A stretch of DNA of 64,000 nt from Deltaproteobacteria bacterium (GCA_016212705.1 JACREU010000006.1:25030-89029), one strand, 5' to 3'. Positions 25,983-35,412 are shown, counted from the first letter of the stretch. Notes: a model not told the origin generated them from the sequence alone. Made by a program: numbers and translations.

Positions 25983-28250
25983 ATGAGGCACCCCAACGTG
26001 GAATGGCTTTCAGGGTTGATCTCCCGTATTCCACTCTATTCATTTTTCAGGCGGACCGGGTACAGGCTCCCCGTCATGGCAACGGCAGTGGCCGCAAGCG
26101 CCGCGTACATCGTCTTATCCGCCGCGCCTTCGCCGGCGACGGTAGCCGGCACCAAGCACAACTTCGGCCTCCTCTCCTCCGGCAACGTTAAATCGGCGGA
26201 TACGAGCGAGGTCTGCGTCTTCTGCCACACCCCCCATAACGCGCTACCCGCGAGCCCCGGCTGGAATAAACAGGACACCGGCGCCACGTACAACGTCTAC
26301 GAGAGCCAGACGCTCGCGGCCACCAAGAGCCCGAACGCCCCCGCGCTCGGTCAACCGACGGGGTCTTCCAAGCTCTGCCTGTCCTGCCATGACGGCACTA
26401 TCGCCATAGGGTCGCTCCTCAACCTCCCCGGCGCCGCGACGTCCGGCACCGTAGACGTTACGGGCGCGGGCATCCTCGCCGGGAAGATAAGCTCGACATC
26501 GACCGCCTACATAGGGACGGATCTTAAGGACGACCACCCGATATCATTCGAGTACTCGCTCGCGTACCCGTCCAATACCGAAATAAAAGACAATACGACG
26601 CTCCCCCCGGAAGTAAGACTCGACTCCTCCAACATGGTGCAGTGCACGAGCTGTCACGACCCTCACGGGACCGCGTTCCCCAAATTCATGGTGGCGAGCC
26701 TCTCTAACGGCGGACTCTGCACGAACTGCCATGACAAGCGGTACTGGACGACGATGCCGTCGATACACCAGACATCCACCGCGATATGGAACGGCTCGGG
26801 GGTAAACCCATGGCACGAGGACATGGGGTCAGTCGGCTACTCTGACGACACGCCAGCTTCGCAGAGCTGTCTCGCCTGCCACCGCTCCCACGGCGGGGCG
26901 CCGGGAAAGACGCTCCTTAAGGGGACGGACCCCGGAAGCGGACAGATAGTCGACGAGGAGTACACCTGCCTTAACTGCCATAACGGGAACGTGGCAACGC
27001 TGAACATGGACTCGCTCTTCAACTACACGTACAAGCATGACGTCAAGGGGACCTACGGCGCGCACCTGCCTTCAAGGGGGGCCGCCGGAGAACCGGCGAG
27101 GGAGTCCGCCTCCAACCTCGGGACCAACAGGCACGCCGAGTGCGCCGACTGCCATAACGGCCACGGCGTAAAGTCCGGCAACCACACAGTCGGCGGCACG
27201 AACGGCAACATCATCGGGGCGAACCTCCTCGGCGGCTGGGGCGCCAAGCCCTCTCCCTGGGGGACGGCCGGGAACTCCGCGCTCGTTTATACCGCGGTGG
27301 ACTTTACGACGCAAACGCCGGGGGCCGACAACCTCGAAGGCTATCTCTGCGTAAAATGCCACTCCTATTACTCTTACGGGGCGCTGCCTCCGAACGTCCC
27401 GTCCGGCAACGCCGACGGCTCCATAGTCTCCGAGTCCGACATAACGGCCGACATGAACATAAACAACATGGCCTTCCACCCGGTCTTCGCCCAGGGCAAG
27501 AACCAGCCGACGGTCGTTGCCAACCCGAACTGGCCGGCGAACAGCCTCGGGCTCACAAACACCTTCAGGTACATGGACTTCCCCGGCTTCGGCGCGAGGA
27601 CCGGCTTCTACAATGTGACGCACGATTCCACCATCACCTGCTCCGACTGCCACGGGTCGCACAGTTCCTCGGACCCCAAGGGACCCCACGGCTCAAGCGA
27701 AAAATGGGTCTTGCGGAGAAACGAGACCGGGTCCGGCACCCTCGTCAACTTCTGCTATAACTGCCACAGACGCGAGGTCTACGGCGACGAGAATTATATA
27801 AGCGCCGCGACCGACGGAAACGGCAAACTGCTCCGCGACTACGCGAGAGTAACCCACCCGGTCGACGGGCTGAGCGGGTGCCCCGGGGTCAACTGCTCGC
27901 CGTTTTACGCAAGCGGGGCCTCCACCGGGAATAGCGGAAACAAGTTCGGCATCCTCTGCCTCACCTGCCACGGCGGGGCCTACGACTCAACGACCAACGC
28001 TATGAAGGGCATCCACGGCTCGAACATGGCCGCAGGGACCCAGGCCGGCTCGGACGCGCTCGGATACAGGATGATGAACGGCGCGTGCGTGGAGTCCTAC
28101 ACGCGTCCGACGACGCTCCAGGCCGCGCAGATGTGGTTCAGGACAGTGACCCCGGCGACCGACAAGGTCTGCAACTACAACTTTACGTCCTTCACAAACG
28201 GGAACGCGGCGAACTATAACTGCAACACCATAGGCGACTGCTCTAATTAA
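25983..28250 (+). CDS. large undecahaem c-type cytochrome with paired-CXXCH pattern and low haem density
   Basis: 11 CXXCH (CVFCHTPH, CLSCHDG, CTSCHDPH, CTNCH, CLACHRSH, CLNCHNG, CADCHNGH, CVKCH, CSDCHGSH, CYNCH, CLTCHGG) in ~755 aa. The start is uncertain (GTG 25968, ATG 25983 or ATG 26076). Confidence 0.85.
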   Translation: MRHPNVEWLSGLISRIPLYSFFRRTGYRLPVMATAVAASAAYIVLSAAPSPATVAGTKHNFGLLSSGNVKSADTSEVCVFCHTPHNALPASPGWNKQDTGATYNVYESQTLAATKSPNAPALGQPTGSSKLCLSCHDGTIAIGSLLNLPGAATSGTVDVTGAGILAGKISSTSTAYIGTDLKDDHPISFEYSLAYPSNTEIKDNTTLPPEVRLDSSNMVQCTSCHDPHGTAFPKFMVASLSNGGLCTNCHDKRYWTTMPSIHQTSTAIWNGSGVNPWHEDMGSVGYSDDTPASQSCLACHRSHGGAPGKTLLKGTDPGSGQIVDEEYTCLNCHNGNVATLNMDSLFNYTYKHDVKGTYGAHLPSRGAAGEPARESASNLGTNRHAECADCHNGHGVKSGNHTVGGTNGNIIGANLLGGWGAKPSPWGTAGNSALVYTAVDFTTQTPGADNLEGYLCVKCHSYYSYGALPPNVPSGNADGSIVSESDITADMNINNMAFHPVFAQGKNQPTVVANPNWPANSLGLTNTFRYMDFPGFGARTGFYNVTHDSTITCSDCHGSHSSSDPKGPHGSSEKWVLRRNETGSGTLVNFCYNCHRREVYGDENYISAATDGNGKLLRDYARVTHPVDGLSGCPGVNCSPFYASGASTGNSGNKFGILCLTCHGGAYDSTTNAMKGIHGSNMAAGTQAGSDALGYRMMNGACVESYTRPTTLQAAQMWFRTVTPATDKVCNYNFTSFTNGNAANYNCNTIGDCSN

Positions 28251-28349
28251 AAGGGGCGGGCATGAAAAGGCGCAGGGTATTCTGGCCCAGGTTAAAAACG
28301 ACAAGCCCGCTTTCATGGCGGAAGGGGCTAAAAACCTCCCGGGATTAAT

Positions 28350-28802
28350 ATGAAGAAGACACAATCGGGCCTCACCCGCTCCGTGCCGGCGGCGTTCCTT
28401 TCGGCGAAGATATTTTTTCCGGCAACGGCCGCGCTCTTTTTACTGCTGGTAATAATGCCGGGCCCTTCCTCATCCGAGGAAGGGCGGGCCGCCGAGAGCC
28501 CGCACGACTTTTCCAGAAAGGAGTTCTGCTCGGTCTGCCACAAGGCCGAGCCTCCGCTCCTTAACCTCGACCCGGTCACCACCTGCACGAAGTGCCATCC
28601 GGGGAACGTCGGGAACCACCCGGTGACGAGACACCCCATAGGCAAGATGCCGAGGATACGGGTGCCCGCGTCCCTCCCCCTGACCGATGACGGGGAGATG
28701 GTCTGCTACACATGCCACGAGCCGCATAACAAGTCCAGGCACGGCAAGATGCTCCGGGTCGATTTCACTAAACTCTGCGCCTCGTGCCATGCCGGATATT
28801 GA
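28350..28802 (+). CDS. tetrahaem c-type cytochrome
   Basis: CSVCH, CTKCH, CYTCH, CASCH. N-terminal hydrophobic anchor. Confidence 0.88.
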   Translation: MKKTQSGLTRSVPAAFLSAKIFFPATAALFLLLVIMPGPSSSEEGRAAESPHDFSRKEFCSVCHKAEPPLLNLDPVTTCTKCHPGNVGNHPVTRHPIGKMPRIRVPASLPLTDDGEMVCYTCHEPHNKSRHGKMLRVDFTKLCASCHAGY

Positions 28803-28826
28803 CGGAAGAACTAACGGAGGTAGGAA

Positions 28827-29675
28827 GTGAGAAGTAAAGTTATCGTAAGGCCGCTCGCGGTCCTCGTTGCCTTTGCCGCGTCCGCAGTAATCGCGTCCAG
28901 CGCCCTGGCGCAGGGCGACGTCACGAAAGAGACGGACTTCAGGAAGATAAAGCCGCCCTCCGCCCACGGCACGGTCCTCATGAACAGGTCCACCGCGTCC
29001 TCGACAGAGGTGAAACCCGTCGTATTCCCGCACTGGGCGCACAGGGACAAATACTCGTGCAAGGCGTGCCATACCGACATCGGCTTCAAGCTCAAATCCA
29101 ACACGACGGGCGTTACGCAAGCCGACATCGAGGCCGGCAAATACTGCGGCGAGTGCCATAACGGCAAGGCCGCGTTCGCGGCGACCGAGTGCGGCCGTTG
29201 CCACTCATACGGGCTTGACGCCAGGGAGAACAGGAAGTTCGAAGACGCGGTAAAGGGCCTGCCGGCAGACCACTTCGGCAATAAGGTCGACTGGGTAAAG
29301 GCGCTCGCCGAAAAGAAGATAAAGGCCGGGCCCTTGCCTGGCGGCAAAGACGATCTGCAGTCCCTCGACCTCGACATAATAATACCGGCGGCGAAGTTCG
29401 CGCCTCACCCGCCGGACGTCAAGTTCCCGCATAAGCCCCACACCGACCAGATCGACTGCGCCACCTGCCACACCGCCATATTCAAGCAACAGAAGGGCGG
29501 CAACCCCGAGATGAACATGATGAAGATAATCGCCGGCCAGTACTGCGGCGTCTGCCACACAAAAGTAGCCTTCCCGCTCGACGACTGCTTCAGGTGCCAC
29601 TCCCAGCCCGCCCCTAAGGCCGAGGAGCCGGAAAAGGACAAGAAGGACGTGAATACGCCGGCGGATAAGCAGTAA
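28827..29675 (+). CDS. hexahaem cytochrome, two tandem c7/c3-like trihaem modules
   Basis: CKACH, CGECH, CGRCH and CATCH, CGVCH, CFRCH. Each module starts with FPH..H and contains YCG.CH. GTG start with GGAGG upstream. Signal peptide ...SSALAQG. Confidence 0.88.
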   Translation: MRSKVIVRPLAVLVAFAASAVIASSALAQGDVTKETDFRKIKPPSAHGTVLMNRSTASSTEVKPVVFPHWAHRDKYSCKACHTDIGFKLKSNTTGVTQADIEAGKYCGECHNGKAAFAATECGRCHSYGLDARENRKFEDAVKGLPADHFGNKVDWVKALAEKKIKAGPLPGGKDDLQSLDLDIIIPAAKFAPHPPDVKFPHKPHTDQIDCATCHTAIFKQQKGGNPEMNMMKIIAGQYCGVCHTKVAFPLDDCFRCHSQPAPKAEEPEKDKKDVNTPADKQ

Positions 29676-29702
29676 GGATTTTGAATATCAAACCTGAACC
29701 AA

Positions 29703-29732
29703 AGGCGGGTGGGAGACCACCCGCCTTTTTTA
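29703..29732 (+). terminator. strong intrinsic terminator ending the cytochrome cluster
   Basis: GGCGGGTGG-GAGA-CCACCCGCC followed by TTTTTTATTT. Confidence 0.88.
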
Positions 29733-30027
29733 TTTGGCTGACGAATGTCTTTTGGATACACGAAATTTACGGGTTCTGGTTGCAAACCTGAACCCGCAGA
29801 AAAAGATGGAACCTTTTACTCAAGGACTCATTGCGCGCTCCGCGCGCTCGCCTCTGCCTCCCTTATGCGCTCTTTGCCATGCGCCTGTGTATTGGTGAAA
29901 CAAACCAAAAAAACTTCTTTTTTGTTTTTCAGAAACCCCAGGCATGGGGTGAGCGACCTTAAGGGAGGAAGCTAAATGAGCGAGCCGGGGAAGTAAAAAG
30001 GCGCGACAGCGCCCTAAGAGGCGCGCG

Positions 30028-30117
30028 GTCCTCGTCGGACTGGCAAATCCGTATCGGACAACTGTGCTTCAGGTAGACTTAAGTGACCCGATTTGAAATT
30101 GGCCCCGCGCCGAGCGG
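30028..30117 (-). repeat. ~90-bp dispersed repeat family, locus 3 (single unit)
   Basis: The 90-nt unit begins GTCCTCGTCGGACTGGCAAATCCGTATCGG and ends GGCCCCGCGCCGAGCGG. That 17-mer is identical to the reverse complement of the unit start at 59894 and 59984. The middle has diverged. Confidence 0.75.
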
Positions 30118-30415
30118 GGGAGGGGGAGGGCGTAGCGAGAAACCCCATGCCGAAAAAAGCCCGGCAGGGCGCAAAAAAATAAGGCTAAAGACTTCTAAAA
30201 TGTTATTCAATATCAGCAGGTCTTTTTCTGGGTAGCAAACAGCCCACCGCGGAGCGTCAGAACAAAACAGACCAAGGCGCGACAAAGGCCCAAGCGAGGC
30301 GTACTTTTATGTACGTTGCGGCGAAGGGCCGAGGAGCAACGCCGGTATGTGAAGTTATGACGCTCTGCTTGCTCCCCCTTTGTGCCCCCCGTATAAATAT
30401 GCTAATATCGGTCTC

Positions 30416-33037
30416 ATGGAAGTCATCACCTCGCATACGAACGCGGACTTCGACACATTCGCCTCGATGGTGGCGGCGAAAAAACTCTACCCCGAGGCCC
30501 GCGTCGTATTTTCCGGCTCTCTGGAAAAGGGCCTCAAAAAGGCGGTCGAGTCGGTCCGCCTGCCGTATCCCATCGACAGGATACGCGATATCGACCTCTC
30601 CAGGGTCACGCGCCTTATACTCGTGGACACGCGCCACGCCGGCAGGATCGGCCCCTTCGGAGCGCTCATCGGTAAAGGCGTCGACGTCCACGTCTACGAC
30701 CACCACGCGGAGGATAAGGACGCGGTCAGGGGGACATACGAGGTCATAAGGCCTTACGGCTCGTCGACGACGGTGCTTACGCTCATACTCAAGGATAAGG
30801 CGCTTGATATCACGCCTGACGAGGCCACGCTTTTCATGGCCGGGATATACGAGGACACAGGGTCTCTCTCCTATCCTTCCACGACCGAAAGCGATTATGA
30901 CGCCGCCAGGTTCCTCCTTTCAAGGGGCGCGGACCTCGTTAAGGTATCCGCCTTCCTCCGGAAAGAGCTCACCCCGGAGGAGGTATCGCTATTGAATGAG
31001 TTCCTCCACTCCGAGACCTCGTACACGATAGGCGGCTCCGAGATAGTCGTCTCCGACGGCTACATCGAGAGGTACGCCGGCGACATCGCCACACTCGCCC
31101 ACAGGATGATGGACATCGAAGGCATGTCCTCTCTCTTCATGCTGGTGGACTCCGGGGACAGGGTGCACGTGATAGCGCGCTCGAGGACCCCGAAGGTCGA
31201 CGTCGGAAAGGTCGCGCGCGCCATTGGAGGCGGCGGCCACTCGAGCGCCGCCTCGGCCACCCTGAAAGGCATGACCCTGATTGAGGCGAAAGAGACACTC
31301 CTTTCCGCGCTAAGGCGCGCCGTCTCCCCCGAGAGGACGGCAAGAGACATCATGTCGTACCCGCCGATAACGGTCCAGCCCGGCACAATCCTCAAGGACG
31401 CGATGGAGCTCATGAGGAGATACGGCATAAACGCCGCCCCTGTTGCGAGGAACGGCACTGTCCAGGGCGTCATAACGAGGCAGGTCCTCGACAAGGCCGT
31501 ATTCCACGGGCTCTTCGATGCGCCGGTCTCTGACTACATGACTACGGAAGTGGAGACCGTAGCCGATTCCACCTCCGTTGACGAGATACGGGAGAAGGTC
31601 GTTGGCCACGGCCAGAGACTCCTCCCGGTGATAAAAGAGAGGAAGGTCGTAGGCGTCATCACGCGCACGGACCTTTTAAAGCTCCTGCAGGAAGAACTCC
31701 AGGAGTCCTTGACCGGCGCGTCGAAAAAGGTCCGCCACCTCTCGAAGCTCATGCGCGAGAGGCTCCCGGAGTGGGTGATAGACCTGTTGAGGAAGGCCGG
31801 CGATACGGCTGAGGCCGAGGGTGTAAAGGCCTACGCCGTAGGCGGGTTCGTAAGGGACCTGCTCCTGCGGAGAGAAAACCTCGACGTGGATATCGTCGTG
31901 GAGGGCGGGGACGGGATAGCCTTCGCAACCGACTTCGCGAAACGGCAAAAGGCGCGCGTCAAACCTCACTTGAGGTTCAGGACCGCCGTCCTCATATTCC
32001 CGGACGGCTTCAAGGTGGACGTCGCGACCGCGCGCCTCGAATACTACGAGAGGCCCGCAGCCCTGCCGACCGTCGAGCAGTCGTCTCTGAAGCTCGACCT
32101 CTACAGGAGGGACTTTATAATAAACACGCTCGCCATAGCGCTTAACCCGGGCAAGTTCGGAGAGCTCATAGATTTTTTCGGGGCGCAGAAAGACCTGAAG
32201 GAAAGGACGGTCCGCGTCCTCCATAACTTAAGCTTCGTGGAAGACCCGACAAGGGCTCTGCGCGCCGTCCGGTTCGCGGAGAAGTTCGACTTCAAGATTG
32301 GCAAGCACACCCTGAACCTCATAAAGAACGCGGTAAAAATAAACGTCTTCAGGGAGCTCTCAGGAGCGCGCCTCCTCGATGAACTAAGGAACATACTCAA
32401 GGAGGAGACGGCGGCGAAGTGCATGAAGAGGCTCTCTGAGCTCGGGCTCCTGCGCCTCACGCACCCGCTCATAACATGGGATATGGAGCGGGAGATATTC
32501 TTCGAGAGGACGCGGGAGACCCTTAAATGGCACGAGCTCCTCTACACGAGAGACAAGGCCGAGGAGTGGCTCGTCCTCTTCCTCGCGCTCACGGACGAGC
32601 TGGATGAAGAGGAACTTGCCGTCCTCATAAGAAGGCTTATGATTACGGGGAAGAAGCGGATGGAGGTCCTCGCCGCGAGGAGGGAAGGGTTGAAGGCCCT
32701 CTCGATCTTGAACTCCGACGGTACGCGTGCAAACAGCGCGCTCTTTGATCTCCTTCAGGGCCTCCCCCTGGAGATCATCATATACGTCCTCGCCAAGGCC
32801 GAGCGCGAATCCGTTAAAAAGGCTCTCGCGACCTATATAACGAGGCTTAAATACATGGAGGTATCGCTAAATGGCGTGGACCTTAAAAGACTCGGGGTCA
32901 AGGAAGGCCCGTTCATGGGCGAGGTCCTCTCGGAGCTCTTGAAAAAACGGCTCGACGGGGAATTGTCGTCCAGGGAGGACGAGGAGGCGTTCGTGAGGAA
33001 ATATGCGCGGGGGAAGAAGACGCCTGCAGGCAAATGA
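30416..33037 (+). CDS. DHH/DHHA1 phosphoesterase - CBS pair - tRNA nucleotidyltransferase/poly(A) polymerase fusion protein
   Basis: Start at MEVITSHTNADFD (ATG 30416). DHH motif (VYDHH), GGGGHSSAAS (DHHA1), two CBS units, then AVGGFVRDLLL..DVD polymerase-beta-like head domain. Confidence 0.88.
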   Translation: MEVITSHTNADFDTFASMVAAKKLYPEARVVFSGSLEKGLKKAVESVRLPYPIDRIRDIDLSRVTRLILVDTRHAGRIGPFGALIGKGVDVHVYDHHAEDKDAVRGTYEVIRPYGSSTTVLTLILKDKALDITPDEATLFMAGIYEDTGSLSYPSTTESDYDAARFLLSRGADLVKVSAFLRKELTPEEVSLLNEFLHSETSYTIGGSEIVVSDGYIERYAGDIATLAHRMMDIEGMSSLFMLVDSGDRVHVIARSRTPKVDVGKVARAIGGGGHSSAASATLKGMTLIEAKETLLSALRRAVSPERTARDIMSYPPITVQPGTILKDAMELMRRYGINAAPVARNGTVQGVITRQVLDKAVFHGLFDAPVSDYMTTEVETVADSTSVDEIREKVVGHGQRLLPVIKERKVVGVITRTDLLKLLQEELQESLTGASKKVRHLSKLMRERLPEWVIDLLRKAGDTAEAEGVKAYAVGGFVRDLLLRRENLDVDIVVEGGDGIAFATDFAKRQKARVKPHLRFRTAVLIFPDGFKVDVATARLEYYERPAALPTVEQSSLKLDLYRRDFIINTLAIALNPGKFGELIDFFGAQKDLKERTVRVLHNLSFVEDPTRALRAVRFAEKFDFKIGKHTLNLIKNAVKINVFRELSGARLLDELRNILKEETAAKCMKRLSELGLLRLTHPLITWDMEREIFFERTRETLKWHELLYTRDKAEEWLVLFLALTDELDEEELAVLIRRLMITGKKRMEVLAARREGLKALSILNSDGTRANSALFDLLQGLPLEIIIYVLAKAERESVKKALATYITRLKYMEVSLNGVDLKRLGVKEGPFMGEVLSELLKKRLDGELSSREDEEAFVRKYARGKKTPAGK

Positions 33038-33162
33038 GGAAGGGCCGTTTACAACGATAGGCGCGGTTTCCCAGCCGCGCCTCGGCGGGACCCGTTAGTC
33101 CCGCCTGTCATATATTCCTTTCATGTCAACTGTAATAAAAACCAGTCGAAAGGCAAAACCAC

Positions 33163-33678
33163 TTGAAACGGCTCATCTTTCCGATATTGCTTATCTCCTC
33201 GACCCTCGCAACCGGCTGTGCCATCGCAATACAGGAGCCGGAGGGGATTGTGAAAAATTACTTCACCAAAGACCTTAAGGGAGCCCGCCTTACCGCGGAG
33301 AGCTACATCGAAGTCATGCGCCCCCTCGTCGACTGGAAGGTAGAGTACGCCTGGGACTACGCCTTCATCGTAAAGAGCGCGCGGGTTTACTCGTCTGAGA
33401 TGATATCAACGGATGAGGCCTCGATTGAGGTCCGCTACCATGTCGTCGGGCTCCTCTCCAATCACGGGATATTAAAGCTCGACCTCTACGAGACAGCCGA
33501 CTTCCATGTCAGGAAGACCGGGAACGACTGGAAGATAACCAAACCGGTGCTGGCCCCTCACGTCTGGCCGACGACCGCCGTAAGGCACCTGGAGGCCATG
33601 CTGAAGGACGAGAAGACCTACCCCAATTCCAAAGAGATAGCCCTCGACATAGAGCTTATAAAATCCCTCGACGACTAA
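33163..33678 (+). CDS. hypothetical lipoprotein
   Basis: TTG start. Signal peptide plus lipobox LATGC. I do not recognise a family. Confidence 0.65.
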   Translation: MKRLIFPILLISSTLATGCAIAIQEPEGIVKNYFTKDLKGARLTAESYIEVMRPLVDWKVEYAWDYAFIVKSARVYSSEMISTDEASIEVRYHVVGLLSNHGILKLDLYETADFHVRKTGNDWKITKPVLAPHVWPTTAVRHLEAMLKDEKTYPNSKEIALDIELIKSLDD

Positions 33679-33775
33679 GGGCCTCCTCTCGAAAATCCCA
33701 ATGATAGCCCCGGAGATTTGCGTTGACGCTCCATCGATTCATCTGTTAAACTAAGAAGTTTAAAGGTGCGGTCAT

Positions 33776-34414
33776 ATGTTCCAGGATTATGTACTTAAAA
33801 TACTCTTAACCGGGCCGCCTATTCTTCTCGCGCTTACGGTCCACGAGTGCGCTCACGCATGGACCGCGTACAAGCTCGGGGACCCGACTGCCAAGATGCT
33901 CGGTAGGGTGACGCTGAACCCCTTAAAGCACCTGGACCCCCTGGGGACGATAGCCCTCTTTTTCTCCGGGCTTTTCGGGTGGGCGAAGCCCGTGCCGATA
34001 AACCCCAGGTATTTCAAGAACATCTCGCGCGACATGATGTGGGTCGCGCTCGCCGGGCCCTTGTCCAACTTATTTCTCGCGGGACTCTCGGCCCTTGCCC
34101 ATAAGGTCTTTTTGATGGGGGGCTTCGATTTCCTGGGCTACATACCCGGCGCGTACAGGCCCCTCTCCATAATGGTCGAGGTCTCCATCGTCATGAACAT
34201 CTCGCTCGCGGTCTTCAACATGGTCCCGGTGCCGCCGCTCGACGGCTCGAAGGTCCTCTCGAACCTGCTCCCGGTCCGTAGCGCGCTGTCGTTCAGCAGG
34301 CTTGAGCCCTACGGGTTCATGATACTCATACTGCTCATCATGAGCGGGTTCCTTGACAGGTTCGTCTCCCCGCTCGTCTATTTCATGGTCGGTCTCTTGA
34401 CTGGAGGTATCTGA
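33776..34414 (+). CDS. site-2 protease family (peptidase M50) membrane metalloprotease
   Basis: HECAHAW zinc motif, LNPLKHLDPLGT, several TM helices. Confidence 0.88.
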   Translation: MFQDYVLKILLTGPPILLALTVHECAHAWTAYKLGDPTAKMLGRVTLNPLKHLDPLGTIALFFSGLFGWAKPVPINPRYFKNISRDMMWVALAGPLSNLFLAGLSALAHKVFLMGGFDFLGYIPGAYRPLSIMVEVSIVMNISLAVFNMVPVPPLDGSKVLSNLLPVRSALSFSRLEPYGFMILILLIMSGFLDRFVSPLVYFMVGLLTGGI

Positions 34415-34417
34415 AAG

Positions 34418-35404
34418 ATGCAGGGAAGGGTTCTAAGCGGTATGAGGCCGACCGGCAAGCTCCACTTCGGCCACTACCACGGGGTGCTCGCCAACTGGCT
34501 CAAACTCCAGGAAGAGTACGAGTGCTTCTTCTTCATAGCCGACTGGCACGCCTTAACTACCGACTACGCCGCGCCGCAGTCCATAGCTGAAAATTCGAGG
34601 CAAATGGTGCTCGACTGGCTCTCCATAGGCATAGACCCGGCAAGGTCCACGATATTCAGGCAGTCGTCTATCCCCGCGCACGCCGAGCTCTTTGTCCTTT
34701 TATCCATGATAACGCCTTTGCCGTGGCTTGAGAGGAACCCGACCTACAAGGAGCAGATGCAGGAGATAAGGGACAAGGACCTCCACACATTCGGCTTTTT
34801 AGGATACCCGGTCCTCCAGACCGCGGACATCATAGTATACAAGGCGAATAAGGTCCCCGTGGGCCTCGACCAGGCCCCGCACCTCGAACTCTCCAGAGAG
34901 ATAACGCGCCGTTTCAACAACTTCTACGGGCCTGTTTTCCCTGAGCCGGAGACCATTCTCACCGCCTCGCCGAAGGTCCTCGGCACCGACGGCAGGAAAA
35001 TGTCCAAAAGCTACAATAACTCCATATTCTTATCCGACCCGCCTGAGGCCGTCGAGCAGAAGATGCTCACCATGATGACCGACACCGCGAGAAAACGGAG
35101 GACCGACACCGGGAACCCGGACGTCTGCCCGCTCTTTATAACCTTCCACACCCTCTATTCGGACGGAAAGACCATCGAATGGGTCCGCGAAGGGTGCGCG
35201 ACGGCGGCGATCGGCTGCATGGAGTGCAAGAGGTCGGTGATACCCAAAGTCCTCGATTTCCTGAGGCCCATACAGGAGAAGAGGAGGGAGCTGGAGAAAG
35301 ACCCCTCCCTCGTCTCCTCCATACTGGAGGCGGGCTCGAAAAAGGCGTCGTTGGTCGCCTCCGAGACGATGGCGCACGTAAGGTCGGCTATGGGGCTGTC
35401 ATAG
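34418..35404 (+). CDS. trpS: tryptophan--tRNA ligase
   Basis: SGMRPTGKLHFGHYHG (HIGH region), KMSKS, 328 aa. Confidence 0.93.
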   Translation: MQGRVLSGMRPTGKLHFGHYHGVLANWLKLQEEYECFFFIADWHALTTDYAAPQSIAENSRQMVLDWLSIGIDPARSTIFRQSSIPAHAELFVLLSMITPLPWLERNPTYKEQMQEIRDKDLHTFGFLGYPVLQTADIIVYKANKVPVGLDQAPHLELSREITRRFNNFYGPVFPEPETILTASPKVLGTDGRKMSKSYNNSIFLSDPPEAVEQKMLTMMTDTARKRRTDTGNPDVCPLFITFHTLYSDGKTIEWVREGCATAAIGCMECKRSVIPKVLDFLRPIQEKRRELEKDPSLVSSILEAGSKKASLVASETMAHVRSAMGLS

Positions 35405-35412
35405 ACTAAAAA

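Noticed and set aside
33084-33105. A GGCGGGAC-CCGTTA-GTCCCGCC hairpin after the DHH-CBS-polymerase gene, considered as a terminator.
   Set aside because: The 8-bp GC stem is present, but no T-tract follows it, so it is not listed as a feature.
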